Source: Camelus ferus
Taxonomy: Eukaryota
Assembly: GCF_009834535.1 (NCBI RefSeq)
Contig: NC_045706.1
Location: forward strand, 22,010,001 to 22,074,000
Direction: 5' to 3'
Length of the DNA: 64,000 bases
Position numbers and translations under genes: made by a program. Positions 51,421-63,644 of this stretch are shown here, piece after piece. The stretch's first letter is position 1. Each line of letters starts with the position of its first letter. The notes under the pieces were generated by a model. The model saw only the letters and a list, made by a program, of their open reading frames with translations, searched no databases and was not told the origin of the DNA.

Positions 51421-51699
51421 TATTTAAAAATAAAACCTCTTAAGTTAATTTTAAATGAGTATATTTTGAAAGTTTCTTTATGAATTCTCTGGATTAGTTA
51501 GACATACTGAACATCAATGAATCCTTGCCTTTGGTATAGACTAATTCTCTAAAGTTAATATTTTTAAAAGTCTCCTCTGTCATTTATCTCACTTGCTATC
51601 TTCCAAACTTTCCTCTGAGGAATTCACTTTGTGTCTATTTCTTCACCAGTTGAGCCAGCCATAAATCATCTGTATGAAATTAAAAATGACCCCACTGAT

Positions 51700-51890
51700 A
51701 GTAGATCCACTAGGGGTAGAAGGTAACGACTGAAAAAGTGCATGAGGGGAATTCTGGGATGCCGGTCATGTTGTGTTTCTTGATCAGGGTGCTGGTTCCA
51801 TAAGTGTATTCAGTTTATGAAAATTGAGCTCATGATATGTACACTTCTTTGTATGCGTATTACACTTTGATTTAAAATGTTTAAAAACTG
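51700..51890 (+). mobile_element. Old L1 3' end (L1ME-like)
   Basis: gactgaaaaagtgcatgagggg..ttctggg..tcttgatcagggtgctggtt..gtacacttct. Confidence 0.65.
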
Positions 51891-52989
51891 GCTTTGACTT
51901 TAAAAGGCTAGGTGCTGTCATACCAGGGTGATTTGTCAAGATGGAGGCAGAGAATGGAGGGAGAAGAGAAGGTGTGGGCAGGTCAGATCTACCAGATTCT
52001 AAGTCCAGAGAAGCTGGCAAAGGAAGGAATGAGCAGAAGTATTCCTGGGTCCAACTGGAAAACTGGACACCTAGGGTCAGAATTAGGCAAAGGGATCAGA
52101 GTTAGGGACACTGGGCAGCAGTGTGAGCACAAAGGACCAGTGCACGTGTGAAAACAAGGTCACTCCATACAGGAAGTGGTGGAGGAGCACAGAGAAGGTC
52201 GAGGGCAACCAGAGAAGGCTGCATTACTCCATCTCTCACCTACCTGGAGCCATAGTCACCTCCTTTACCAAAGTATCGCCATGCCTGAATTTCTACCATG
52301 AGAGCATAACTGCTTCAGGAAAGATGGTGGTGGAAAATGGTACCCAAGTACCCTTCTTAATACATAGATATGCTGCATCTTCCATTAATTATTTTAGCAA
52401 AGGCTTGGGAAGGCAAAGGCCATTGGATTCATACTTTTGCTGAAGGTTGTTCCCTTGAGCTAATATTCTTGTGGACAATGTTGCCGTGGCTGGAGATTCT
52501 TACTGCACCCCTCTCACTAAAGGCAAGTCAAAACTGTGCACTAAACCAGTTGTGTCTTTCAGAACTCAGCTCAAATAGATTAATGCTAACATTTGAATAA
52601 CACAGTGTTCCTACCACCTCCTTCATACAAAATAGGGTGACTCTCACTCAGTTGGTTGTCTTTGTTTTCACCTTCAGGGACGTGGCCTTGTGGACACTGG
52701 TGTTTCTATGGAGATGGAGATAGCGCCTTCCTCTTGTACCGATGAGACATCTGTCAGAGCAGCGTGGGCTTCGCCACAGGTGAGAGGCGTTAAGGAGTTT
52801 TCCTTCTCTTAAATGATACACAAATGACTTCAGTAGGTATGGAAGAGGACCTAATGACAATGCAACGCTTTTCTTTAAATAAAAGGTATCCTTCAGTCCC
52901 ACTCTTATTCTGTGGGGAATACGCTTCAGCTACTAAGGAAAGGGATTATCACCTGCCAATCCTGGAGGCTCTGAGTATAATTACATTTC

Positions 52990-53234
52990 TTTTCTTTTTT
53001 TAATTGACATTAAGTAGTTAGTTTACAATGCTGTGTCAGTTTCTGGTGTGCAGCATAATGTTTCAGTCACATACATGCATATATTTGTTTTCACAGGCTT
53101 TTTCATGATAGGTTACTACAAGATACTGAATAGAGTTCCCTGGGCTAGACAGAAGAAACTTGTTGTTTATCTATTTTATATATATTAGTATCTGCAAATC
53201 TTGATCTCCCAATTTATTCCTTGCCACCCTCTTT
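52990..53234 (-). mobile_element. Short camelid-type L1 3' end
   Basis: Similar to 1688-2100: gtttacaatgctgtgtcagtttctggtgt...gttactacaagatactgaatag. Confidence 0.85.
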
Positions 53235-55757
53235 CTAATCTGAGGGTTTATATGAGAACAGAAATGAAAGGACCAGCTTCATTTGTACCCCGCATTCCGG
53301 AAGTACAGGTATAAACTTCCTTTTGAATTTTCAGGCCCTCCATATGCCAGATACGCCCTAATTCCCCAGTGTCCTGCTCATACTGTGGCAGCCCCAGGTA
53401 GGGTCCAATCAGATAAGCCTGCGTGGGACCACCACCATCTCCTCCGCCAGGGACCCTATTTTGCCAGTGACCATGCCTCAAACTGCATCAGCTGCTTAAC
53501 CAGCCTGTCACTCCATCAGCTACTATTGAACTTGGTGGGTAGCCAGTGATCAAAAAACAAAACAAAACAAAAAACCCATAGCTGCACACCCACCTCCCTC
53601 TCAACTACCATAACAGTAACCCTTCATTATGTGTGCTAGTGTTTCAGAGAGTGGTTTTTACTTTGAAATTATGGGCAATTCTAGACTAGTCTTGCCCAGA
53701 AGCATCTGAAAAACAATAGTCTCAAATCCCACTGAGCTCCTCATCTCTGCTCGTCAAAGCCAGCTAGATTTGTGAGTTTCATTCTGCCAAGAAGATAATG
53801 ATAGTACAGGGCTGAGCACTCCCACGTCTCATGCAGAAAAACAGCCATTTTCAACTCTCCACCTCCGTGGAAGGCCCCCTGTGCCCAGATGTATGCATCT
53901 GTGAACACATGAGCATGTGCCCATTTTTTTAAAAAAACTATATTGTCTCTCGTCACAATGAGGGATGTTTAAACATCTAGCTTTCTATAGCGATGAGACC
54001 AGCACCTACCTTTCTAGGGGACTGCAATGTCCTCAAAATCTTTCCAAAAAGTCTCAATTTCAGTAAGATTATTGAGCTCTCCAGCTATTCCAAAACATCA
54101 CAATGTGAACTGTTTCAGTCATCAGTGAGGAAACAGCCTAATGGAAGCAACAGAATCCTGTCTCTTAAAGAGCTGGTAAATACACAGCTCTCAAAAGATG
54201 CTCTAGAGCTTTGGTTCTGAGAGGAGAGGGGAGGAATAGCTTTTCTTTTATTATTTCCAATTTGGTCAACCATAACCTCTGACTTCCACGGTTTGTTTGT
54301 TGTTTTTAAATCTCAAAGATTCTTATAAAACATCTCCAAGATTCTTATACCCAAGAAAGTATTCTTATAATTGTTTTTATGAAGTAATGAGTCATTTAAT
54401 ATTCAAATGCAAGATGGCAGGAGACTCTGTAAGGCAGAGGGGGAGCTGGACTAGGAGTAGCAGGAACTACAGGATGGCCAGAACAGGACTTAGTCAAAAG
54501 CCCAAGTCACACTGAGCAGGACACAGAAAGGACTTTGCTAGTTCAGGACACATCAGAAACTGGAGAGTCATGATCCTCCAACAGGGTCAAGTGCAAGGTG
54601 CATTTGCCCCTGCTTCCATATCCCTTCACAGCTTTGGAAGCTGGAAAGCCTGGATCATTTTCACCCCTAACCTGTCCCTGATCAGTAGAAGGCAGCCATG
54701 TCTCCCATCTGACTGACAACCTGCCATCCAGCATCTCAATTAACACATTATGTGCACCTCTCAATTTCCAGGTATAATTTTGTTCTATCCAGAAGGTATT
54801 TCCTTAATGCTCCAGCAGTGCCTTTACTGAATGAAGTCTCCAGGCAAGTCTCCTGCAGCTTTGGGGTAGCAATTTGGAAGGTAGAGCAATTGGATATTGT
54901 CCTGTTAAAATATCATTCAATTAGGTCTTTTGTAATACATACAACACAACGAGACAGCCTTACGGATTCTAAAGAAATTGCTAGTGCATTTCATCAAAGG
55001 CACAATAATGGAAACATCGATTCGCTCCTCACCACAAACATCTCCCTTCGATGCTGCAGTTACCTCCATGCTAGCACTTTTCATTTTCTCTAGACGAAAC
55101 CAGCGCCTCAACGCATGCACATCAGAGAAGGCTGCAGACTGAAATAAGACATCTGTCCATCAATCTCAACCATCCTTGCATCTTCATTTGCTGTTCCATA
55201 GCATCCCTCACCTTGACTATAAACCAATAAATTATCCCCAAATAAAGATAAACTCTGCTGTACCCTGGATGACTGGGGCTAGGCGTTTTATACCATCTCC
55301 ATAAATGTTGCCAGGGGCGTTATTCGCCTCCTCACACCATTTATTTAAAAGAGTGGCAGGGCACCAGCTAGAACTTTATGGGCCTAAAGAACATTCAGCC
55401 ACTTTACACAGAAGATGTCAACAAGAAAGAGAACTTAAGGAACAATATGTCCGGAAATGTGCAGTGTGATTAGGAAAATCCATCAGCACACACTGTCACA
55501 TTTCCAAGTATCTGTACCAGGTGAAAAAGCCACCACGAAGTCCGAAAGTATCTTGAATGCATTGTATCCACAAGGGTACCTCACAAGCAATGCTGCAGAC
55601 ACTCAGTGCTGGGGACTCAGAGAAAAAGAGTACTTCTGTGTACACACAAGGCATATTGCATATGGTTTATCAACCCCTTGACATGAGACATCTGTTGCCT
55701 CTAACCTCGCTTGTTGCTGCATAAGTGAAAATGAGGTTTAAGAGTTCTGAGTTTCAC

Positions 55758-56321
55758 AGCCTAAATGCCCATTGACAGATGACTGGATAAAGAAGATGTG
55801 GTATATTTATGCAAATGGAATACTACTCAGCCATAAAAAACGACAACATAACGCCATTTGCAGCAACATGGATGTCCCTGGAGAATGTTACTCTAAGTGA
55901 AGTAAGCCAGAAAGAGAAAGAAAAATACCATATGAGATCACTCATATGTGGAATCTAAAAAAAAAAAAGAAAAAGAAAAAAAGACAAATGAACATAAATA
56001 TAAAACAGTAACAGACTCATAGACATGGAATACAAACTTGTGGTTGCCAGTGGGGAGGGGTGTGTGAAGGGACAGACTGGGAGTCTGAAATTTGTAGATA
56101 CTGACAGGTATGTATAGAATAGACAAACAAGATTATACTGTATAGCACGGGGAAATATATACAAGATCTTGTGGTAGCTCATGGTGAAAAAGAATGTGAC
56201 AATGAATATATGTATGTTCATGTAAAACTGAAAAGCTGTGCTCTATGCTGGAAATTGACACAACATTGTAAACTGACTATAAATCAATAAAATAAAATTT
56301 AAAAAATTAAAATAAAAAAAA
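55758..56321 (+). mobile_element. Young 5'-truncated camelid-type L1 with perfect 18-bp TSD
   Basis: TSD AAGAGTTCTGAGTTTCAC at 55740-55757 and 56322-56339; AATAAA and A-tail; L1 3' motifs (gactggataaagaagatgtgg, ctaagtgaagtaagccaga). Confidence 0.93.
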
Positions 56322-56949
56322 AAGAGTTCTGAGTTTCACCTAAATAAATGACCTTACAGCCACTTAACAACATCCAAATGATTTTTCTCAATATATCTTC
56401 AAAGTTCCTGGCTATACTATGCAGCTAAATTCACAGACTCTCTGACATTTGGCTAAGTCTTTCATACAATATCCACTTGATACCATGAAAGAAATGTATT
56501 TGCAATGGCTTTTGCTCTGCAAATGTCATATGGGTATCCTTAGGGGACTGCATTTAGCACCTGGCGCCCAACATGAGGCTCCACTAATGAGAGAGATAAA
56601 GGTTATGTTGAAAGTATTGTTTAAAGGTGCTGACATCACACACATACACACACACTCACATTTACAATTACATATTCAAATACATACTGTTTTAGAACTT
56701 AAAAGAGAGACCAGAGAGAAGAAGCTATTTCAACCAAGGTTATTCTGTAGACATCGCTATGCAAGATAGTGTTCGTAATTATCTATTTCCTTTCACTGAT
56801 TGACTCCACAATGTGGTTACATAATAGTTTAGCATCAAGCATTGTACTAAGGTTCTGGAGAAAGCAGGAAATGCAAAGAAGCATAATCTAAAGTCTCTTC
56901 TCTGAAGTATAGGTGGATCAGCTATAAAGGCCTCATTACCATAGCACCT

Positions 56950-57520
56950 ATGCATCCATCCACTAATTCATTTGGCTGGCAAATGTTAACTGAGCATTAT
57001 TAAGTACCAGGCACTGTCCTAGGGGCTGCTGCCACAACAGTGAGGAAAACCAGACACCGTCCTGCCTGCCTGGAGCGTGCAATCTAGTGAGGAATGCAGA
57101 TGATCCCAAATTCACATCAGTGAACAGAAAACCTCACTGTGGCAGGTACTCAGAAAAGAAGGTGCATTGTGTTATGACAAAGAACATCACGGGGGATCTA
57201 ACTTTGTCTGGGAGTTTAGGGAAGACATCCTGCAGAAGTGATGTTGGATCTGAGAGCTGGTAGTGACAAGGTTTACTTTAGGGAAGAAGATCCCAGGACG
57301 AGGAAAAGGAGGGGGACTGCTGGGGTGAGGGGCTGAAAGACGGCCATTGGAAGGGAAGTAGTAACGGTCAGGAGAGAGAAAGAGGGACCAGACCAAGTAG
57401 GCACTAACAGAGCCTACTGAGGACTTTGGTCTGCTTTCTACGGCTGATGAAAAAATGCTGAAGGAGTTTAAGCAAAGGCATGATATCATAAGATCTGCGT
57501 TTGGGAAATATATTGCTCAA
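56950..57520 (-). mobile_element. L2 3' region
   Basis: caaatgttaactgagca...gtaccaggcactgtcctaggg...tttaagcaaaggcatgatatcataagat. Confidence 0.75.
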
Positions 57521-57856
57521 ATTATAATATGAATACATACTATAGGAAGTGTACAGATACCTCCTAGGTCCTTGACTTTTGCAACTAAATGGATACAATT
57601 AGGAAATACTGGAAGGGAACCCGCTATGTTGGGGGGAGATCAGGTGATCATCTTTGGAATAATGTTGAATCAGGAGTTTTCTGAAACATAGAGGAGACAA
57701 GATCAAACACACAGCTGGAAATACGGATCTGAAGCTCAAAGAGGAGGACGTATTGGGCCACTCTGTCTTGGATGTACTTTTAGAAAAATAACAAAAGGGC
57801 CACATTTGAGGTTTCCCTTCCTTTGCTAAACTGAGAACAATGGGATTTCCAACTTA

Positions 57857-58735
57857 AGGCAGCATGGTGTGGTGGGACACGCCTGGACAATGGGAACATG
57901 GTGTGGTGGGACACGCCTGGACAATGGGAACATGGTGTGGTGGGACACGCCTGGACAATGGGAACATGGTGTGGTGGGACACGCCTGGACAATGGGAACA
58001 TGGTGTGGTGGGACACGCCTGGACAATGGGAACACGGTGTGGTGGGACACGCCTGGACAATGGGAACACGGTGTGGTGGGACACGCCTGGACAATGGGAA
58101 CATGGTGTGGTGGGACACGCCTGGACAATGGGAACATGGTGTGGTGGGACATGCCTGGACAATGGGAACATGGTGTCGTGGGACACGCCTGGACAATGGG
58201 AACATGGTGTGGTGGGACACGCCTGGACAATGGGAACATGGTGTGGTGGGACACGCCTGGACAATGGGAACACGGTGTGGTGGGACACGCCTGGACAATG
58301 GGAACACGGTGTGGTGGGACACGCCTGGACAATGGGAACACGGTGTGGTGGGACACGCCTGGACAATGGGAACATGGTGTGGTGGGACACGCCTGGACAA
58401 TGGGAACATGGTGTGGTGGGACATGCCTGGACAATGGGAACATGGTGTCGTGGGACACGCCTGGACAATGGGAACATGGTGTGGTGGGACACGCCTGGAC
58501 AGGCAGTCGGACATAAGCATCCAAGCTCGGGCTCCTCCAGCTACTAGCTGAGTGGGTGTGAGCAACCACTTTGACGTTTCTGCACCTTTGTTTACGACAG
58601 TCTCCATAAAAGTGTGATGAACACACATTTCCCACTTACAGCCCAGAGTGGTTTTAAAGATCAAACGAGTAAAAACATAGAGAAAACCATCTTAAACCTG
58701 TGCCATGATCAACAGCCTTATCAATAAATGAAATA
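57857..58735 (+). mobile_element. MIR whose 5' head hosts the minisatellite
   Basis: Collapsing the array gives aggcagcatggtgtggtggga..agtcggaca..ctactagctgagtg..tgagcaa..actt..gatcaaacgagt..tcaataaatg, collinear with MIR. Confidence 0.7.
57863..58501. repeat. 34-bp minisatellite (VNTR), 18 full copies plus a 27-bp partial
   Basis: Unit catggtgtggtgggacacgcctggacaatgggaa; units parsed directly, with only three single-base variants. Confidence 0.98.
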
Positions 58736-58916
58736 CACCTGCCTGCATGTTTTGATATTAAAGAGGAGGAAGGAAGGTTAGCTGCGGCAGACACGATCAA
58801 CTCGGTTGGAACGAGGAAATGTGGAATCCCCACCAGCACTTGGATTGAGTAAGCAAGTGCTTTCCACCGGGCGGTACCTGGGGGACAAGATGTGAATGAA
58901 AGGAGTACGGGTTCAC

Positions 58917-59075
58917 CTTTTGATCCAGGCTGTAGGCCAGCACCCAGTCCTCCTGCTTGGGATGGAAGAGCAGACTCTGGATGTAGAAGGTGAGCCGGTA
59001 TTTCTGATAGGTCGCACCCTCGTCTGAGCTGATCAATATACTGCTCTCTATTTCAGGATCACCAAGAAGCATGAT
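58917..59075 (-). CDS. SORCS3: Internal coding exon of SORCS3 (Vps10p domain), probably exon 4; 53 codons, phase 0/0
   Basis: Translates as IMLLGDPEIESSILISSDEGATYQKYRLTFYIQSLLFHPKQEDWVLAYSLDQK. This matches recalled SORCS3 (RLTFY, WVLAYSLDQK) rather than SORCS1 (RLNFY, WILAYSQDQK). Bounded by ttcttcAG (59077-59076) and GTgaac (58916-58911) on the minus strand. Confidence 0.95.
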
Positions 59076-59113
59076 CTGAAGAAAGCAGAGAGGAGAAAAT
59101 ACAGACGAGTTAG
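59076..59113 (-). promoter_or_regulatory. 3' splice site: branch point and polypyrimidine tract
   Basis: Minus strand reads CTAAC-tcgtctgtattttctcctctctgctttcttCAG; the branch A at 59110 is 35 nt upstream of the exon. Confidence 0.85.
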
Positions 59114-59939
59114 CAGGAGAGAACAAATACAAGGAATTAAGGCACAAATACAAAGTCATCTGCACGTATATATCACAGCACAGAAAGGGGCGTCTGGGCC
59201 TTTAGATGAAGCACTGGCATTTTTTCCCTGATTTAGTCCGTCGTTGCTGAATTGAACTAAAAGACCGTGCGAGGTTAGGTCTGCATACAAATGAGGCCTC
59301 GTTTTTCTGACGTGCACCTCTTACATATTTTCATTTTTGATGCTTATACTTGTCCTGCTAAGTGCTGGAAGGATATTCTTATGGGCCTCTGTTCCCTGAC
59401 CTTGGGACCCTCAAGGGACCATCCTGGGACCATCTCTCTCCTCCTCTTCCGTCTGTCAGTTTCCCACATCACTCTTCCTCACACTCTTGCCCTGTTGCTC
59501 TTCAGTCATCAGACGGATCCCACTGTTTTCTCCTTTCTGAATTGTTTTAATGCTTTAATTGATTTAAGTTGTTGCTTGATCCATTTGTTCTAGATATTTT
59601 CCAAAGCCCGTATCCCCAAAGGCCCTCAGGACAAACACCGACACTCAGGAAACTCTGTCATCCCCAAGCCAAACGGACAGAGTGATGCAGTGGAAAGGCA
59701 TCTGCATCAGGGGGAGCGGGTTCACATCTCAACCCTTCTCTGGGCATACCGCCACCCTGGAACGTTTCTTAACCTCTAGAGGCCTTGCTGTCCTCAACAA
59801 TAACTGAGTCTGATGACACCAGAACTGGCTTTGAGCACTTGGCCTAATGCATATTCTTGACACGTGATAGCCAGGATTACCATTTACTGTATTCAAAACC
59901 CCCTCCAGCCAGTGTAATTTGACTTCTACTTACAGGACT

Positions 59940-60850
59940 TCAGTGGTATTGGATTCACTAAAGGTGTGAGAGACTTTCCAGTATTTAAATCCAACAGCCA
60001 CTGAGACACGCAGACCTTTCCCTTAGTGCACCTCTTAGCAGTCTTTGTTACCACTGATAATTCCCTTCCTCTGGAAGCCTTCTCGCCCAGGGGCGTCCAC
60101 GACATCATACTCATCTGGCTTTCCCGTCTCTTTGGAATAGTCAACTTTCTCTAAGTATCCTTCTAATAAGACCATTCCTCAACCCTCAGTTTTGACCCTC
60201 TTCTTTCCGTCACCACACTGTTCTTCAGTGACCTCTTCCTCTCTCAATTTTATTTATTTATTTTATTACCACTTACCACCTGTCTGGGGACAACTCACAA
60301 GTTAAATGTCAATCTGAGGTCTCCTTCTCTCAATTTCAGACTTGAAAACTCAGCTGCCTGGTACCTTCTGTGTGGATCCTTCAAGCACAACATGCCCCGC
60401 TGTGTACCCAACTCATCCAAACCCTGCTCCTCCTGCAGGGCTATTTGCTGGTTCAGTGAGTGCTTCCCGCAACCATTCCCATGAAACCAAAAGCCGGAGA
60501 TTCACCCCTGCCTCCACTTTTCCATTCACCTCCTATAATTAATTAGTTGCTAGGCTCTGTGAATTTTTCCCACTAATTAACTTTAAAATCAGGTCCATTC
60601 TCTCCCTTCCCACTGTGATGGCCTTAGACCAAAATGTGACCATCTCTGTACTGGATTCCTGTAAAACACCTGACTCAATCTCACAGCTTTAACCACGTCC
60701 CCTACAATCCACTTTGCACACCGTGGCCAGAATAATCATCCTATAATACAAATCTGATTCTCACATTCTTGTACTAAAAACCATTCAATGGTTTATCTCT
60801 GATCTTCCTAAATTCTAAAATGCTGAAAATAGCCTGACATAATTTACCCT
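59940..60850 (+). mobile_element. L2 body fragment
   Basis: aaatccaacagcca..cctcttagcagtctttg..actcatctggctttccc..ctcagctgcctgg..caaatctgatt. Confidence 0.65.
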
Positions 60851-62109
60851 TTATGTATGTTTTTGGTTTTATTTGGCCTTTATCATCCAGCTCAACCCAA
60901 ATTCTTTGAGTTCCTAATGTTTGCTGAGTGACTGAATGAGCCAATGGGCTTATTTCCTCTTATGTTTCCAGTCAGGCTGTACTGCCACCAGCTGTTAGGG
61001 CTACTTCTACACACGGTCTGCATCATGGCGCCCAGAGTACCAAGTAAAGCTCCCCCCCCAAAAAATCTCTACACCTTATAAAACAAAACTATTGAATAGC
61101 AAGATTTTTAAAATGTTACCCATAGTATATATTAGCATTCTAAAGTAAGCTTTAAAACAAATTCAACACGTTTAACTGCTAAGATTCATAGTCCTTCTCC
61201 CCTTTTATTCTTTTACAGCTTCCAAGACAAGCTTACTTTCTTTTTCTCAAATATTTGCTTTGGCTTCATTGAAAGAAGTTATTACTAGCTATCAGCACAT
61301 TTTTGAGAAATGGATGCAGTATAGTTTTTTTTTTTTTTCATTCATGTGTGAATAATCTAGGGGAAAAGCTCTCAGATGGGCTATCATAGACAGAACGGCT
61401 CTCTCCTCCCTTGGCACTGTGAAGGGTAGGGACCACAGGTTAAAGCACCCCTGCTGCCCTTGAAAAAACCTCAGAGGATGCACCCATGGTCCTTGTAGAG
61501 TCTGCGAGGACAAATATATTGGGAAAGAATGAGGCTTGCATAACCTCCCTCTCTTGCTCCCCGCCATGTACCAATGGGCTACATAACAGGCCATGAAATC
61601 ATTTCTCCCCTGGTGCAGAGAAATTAAACTGCTTATTTTATGCAGGTATAAAGAAGCTTCATGCCTATGGTTTTAATTAGAAGATAAGACCAACATCATA
61701 AACGAACTTTATTTTATATACCATGAGTTACAATATAGTGAATAAGGGTTACCATCAAATATCTCGCGCAAGGTAGTCTCTTCTTCCAGCCCTGTTTCTT
61801 CTTGCACACACATTGCATCCTTGCTTATACAAACACATCACTCGGCGCACAAAAGCTGCAGATATGTGTGCACACGTATGCATACACACACACCGCTGTG
61901 GCACATATGTGCATGCACACATGCAGAAATGCATTGATATACACGGTGTATTGACATTGTGTGGTGGCCATAGGGATCTTTTGTTGGCAAGAGTACATTT
62001 TTATTGCAACCTTTCTCTGACACTTTCATCAGAAATCCTTCTCTATACTCTGATGGCACTGGCAATGTCTGTGTTCAATCCTAGTGTCTGAGAAAAATGG
62101 AAGGAGGAA

Positions 62110-62260
62110 AGGCAAAACCTACATGTGCTGGATTTCTAATCTGTGCTGGGAGCTTTACTGGATATTTTATTGAAACCTCAAACAAATTATGTGAAGTATC
62201 ATTACTGGCATCTTATAGGTAAGGAAACTGAAACTTAGAGGAGGAAAGCAAAATGCCTAA
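62110..62260 (-). mobile_element. MIR
   Basis: tgtgctggg.gcttta..ttgaaacctcaaaca..cttataggtaaggaaactgaaactt. Confidence 0.65.
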
Positions 62261-63299
62261 TGCCTCCTCTGATTGATCCCAGTGCCACCACATCCCACCA
62301 CACGTACACAGACCAGCGCTTCTCTGGGTCTGGAAACCTTCGCACTTTGTTATCTTTACCAAGGGACACATGGAAGTCAGAGAAGCAGGGCTTCATCCTT
62401 TTTTAAAGCATTTCCATTTCTACAAAATCCACACCAAAAATAATAATAATGAAAAAGCACCTTCAAGAAAGCCCCTTTCCTCCTCTGACTCATGTCCACC
62501 TTTGGCCAAGAAGGCATGAAGAATTAAGTGAATAAGAATCCAAAGGGGGAAATAGAATGTTAACATTCAAAATAATAGGAAGGAAAGAAAGAAGAAAAAA
62601 AAAAGAAATAAAAGGAGGGGACCATAATATTAACATAAATAGAATAAGAAAGCAAAGCTTTGACAGAAGTTAAGTCTCAAGGTAAAATACCTGTATTGTG
62701 TGCTAATCTACGTAACTACTTCTATAACTACATTTAAAAAAATCATCTCATGTCCACCCAAATTTTTATTGTTAAGCAGAGATTTCAAAGGCAAATGCCT
62801 AAGAGGGCAAAGCAAGTAAATTAAGTGAGTGAAGCAGATAAAGCAAATGCTAAGGACTGTGCCAAAATGAAAAGTACACATCTTTCTGTAAAATGTTTAA
62901 CATGAAATTTTCACCAAAAAAAATTACACCCACATTAAATGTCTGTGGACTAAATTTATAAAATAGGAACGTGACTGTTGGTAAAGTTGTGATAATTTGA
63001 TCCTACAGATGCAAAGAAATTTACAACCCTTGCCTTTCAGTCTTCAATCCCAAATATATACAGTCAAGGACGATGCCTGTTTACATGTCAGCAAATTCTG
63101 CATTTACGTGATTTTAATGATAGGAACAGGTAAGAGTTCCCATGGGAGATTTTTGTTTTGTTTTGTTTTGCTTTGATTTTGCTTCATTTTGCTTTGATCC
63201 TTCATCCAGCTTGTCCTGACACTAGATCTACAGTGGGTGTATTCGTGTGCTGGAAGAGGAAAAGGGGGTCTTTCAAACATGGTGAAGCAGGGTTATTGA

Positions 63300-63520
63300 T
63301 GCCATAGGCTCTAGGGGCAGGTGGCAAGTTCAAATCTTCAGTCTGCTACTTTATGTGTAAATGTGAGGATATTGCTCAATTTTTCCAACCAGTTAACTCA
63401 TCTATGAAAAAAGCAGTTAATAATTGTATCTAACTTACCATGTGTTGAGAGGATTAAATGAGATAATAATTAAAGAGCTTAGCACAGGATCATAACTGCT
63501 AAATCAATACTAACTTTTAT
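63300..63520 (+). mobile_element. MIR
   Basis: gttcaaatctt..tctgctacttt..gaggattaaatgagataata..aagagcttagcacag. Confidence 0.7.
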
Positions 63521-63644
63521 CTAGAAACCACCCAGGACAAGAGCACAACTAAAATCAGAAGTGATGCCAAGCAGGTTGGAGATTTGGGGATTATTTGCCT
63601 CCCTTTTGGCTCCCATCACTCCTGAATTTTGTAGATAAAAACCA

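Larger units (their letters stand above)
1..58916 (-). other. SORCS3: SORCS3 intron downstream of the exon (next exon not in window)
   Basis: GT donor at 58916. I did not find the expected next exon (LYSSMDFGRRWQLMHERITPNRFYW) by eye. Confidence 0.75.

Noticed and set aside
57863-58501. CRISPR-like appearance of regular 34-bp repeats
   Set aside because: Units are head-to-tail with no unique spacers, there are no cas genes, and the context is mammalian.
57780-58664. Six overlapping ORFs of 212-294 aa with 34-aa periodicity
   Set aside because: The 34-bp unit has no stop codon in any frame and 3 units equal 34 codons, so all frames stay open. There is no independent coding evidence.
58797-59165. 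122-aa ORF
   Set aside because: Only 58917-59075 is exon; the rest is read-through into intron on both sides of canonical splice sites. No nearby sense poly(A) signal supports a terminal extension.
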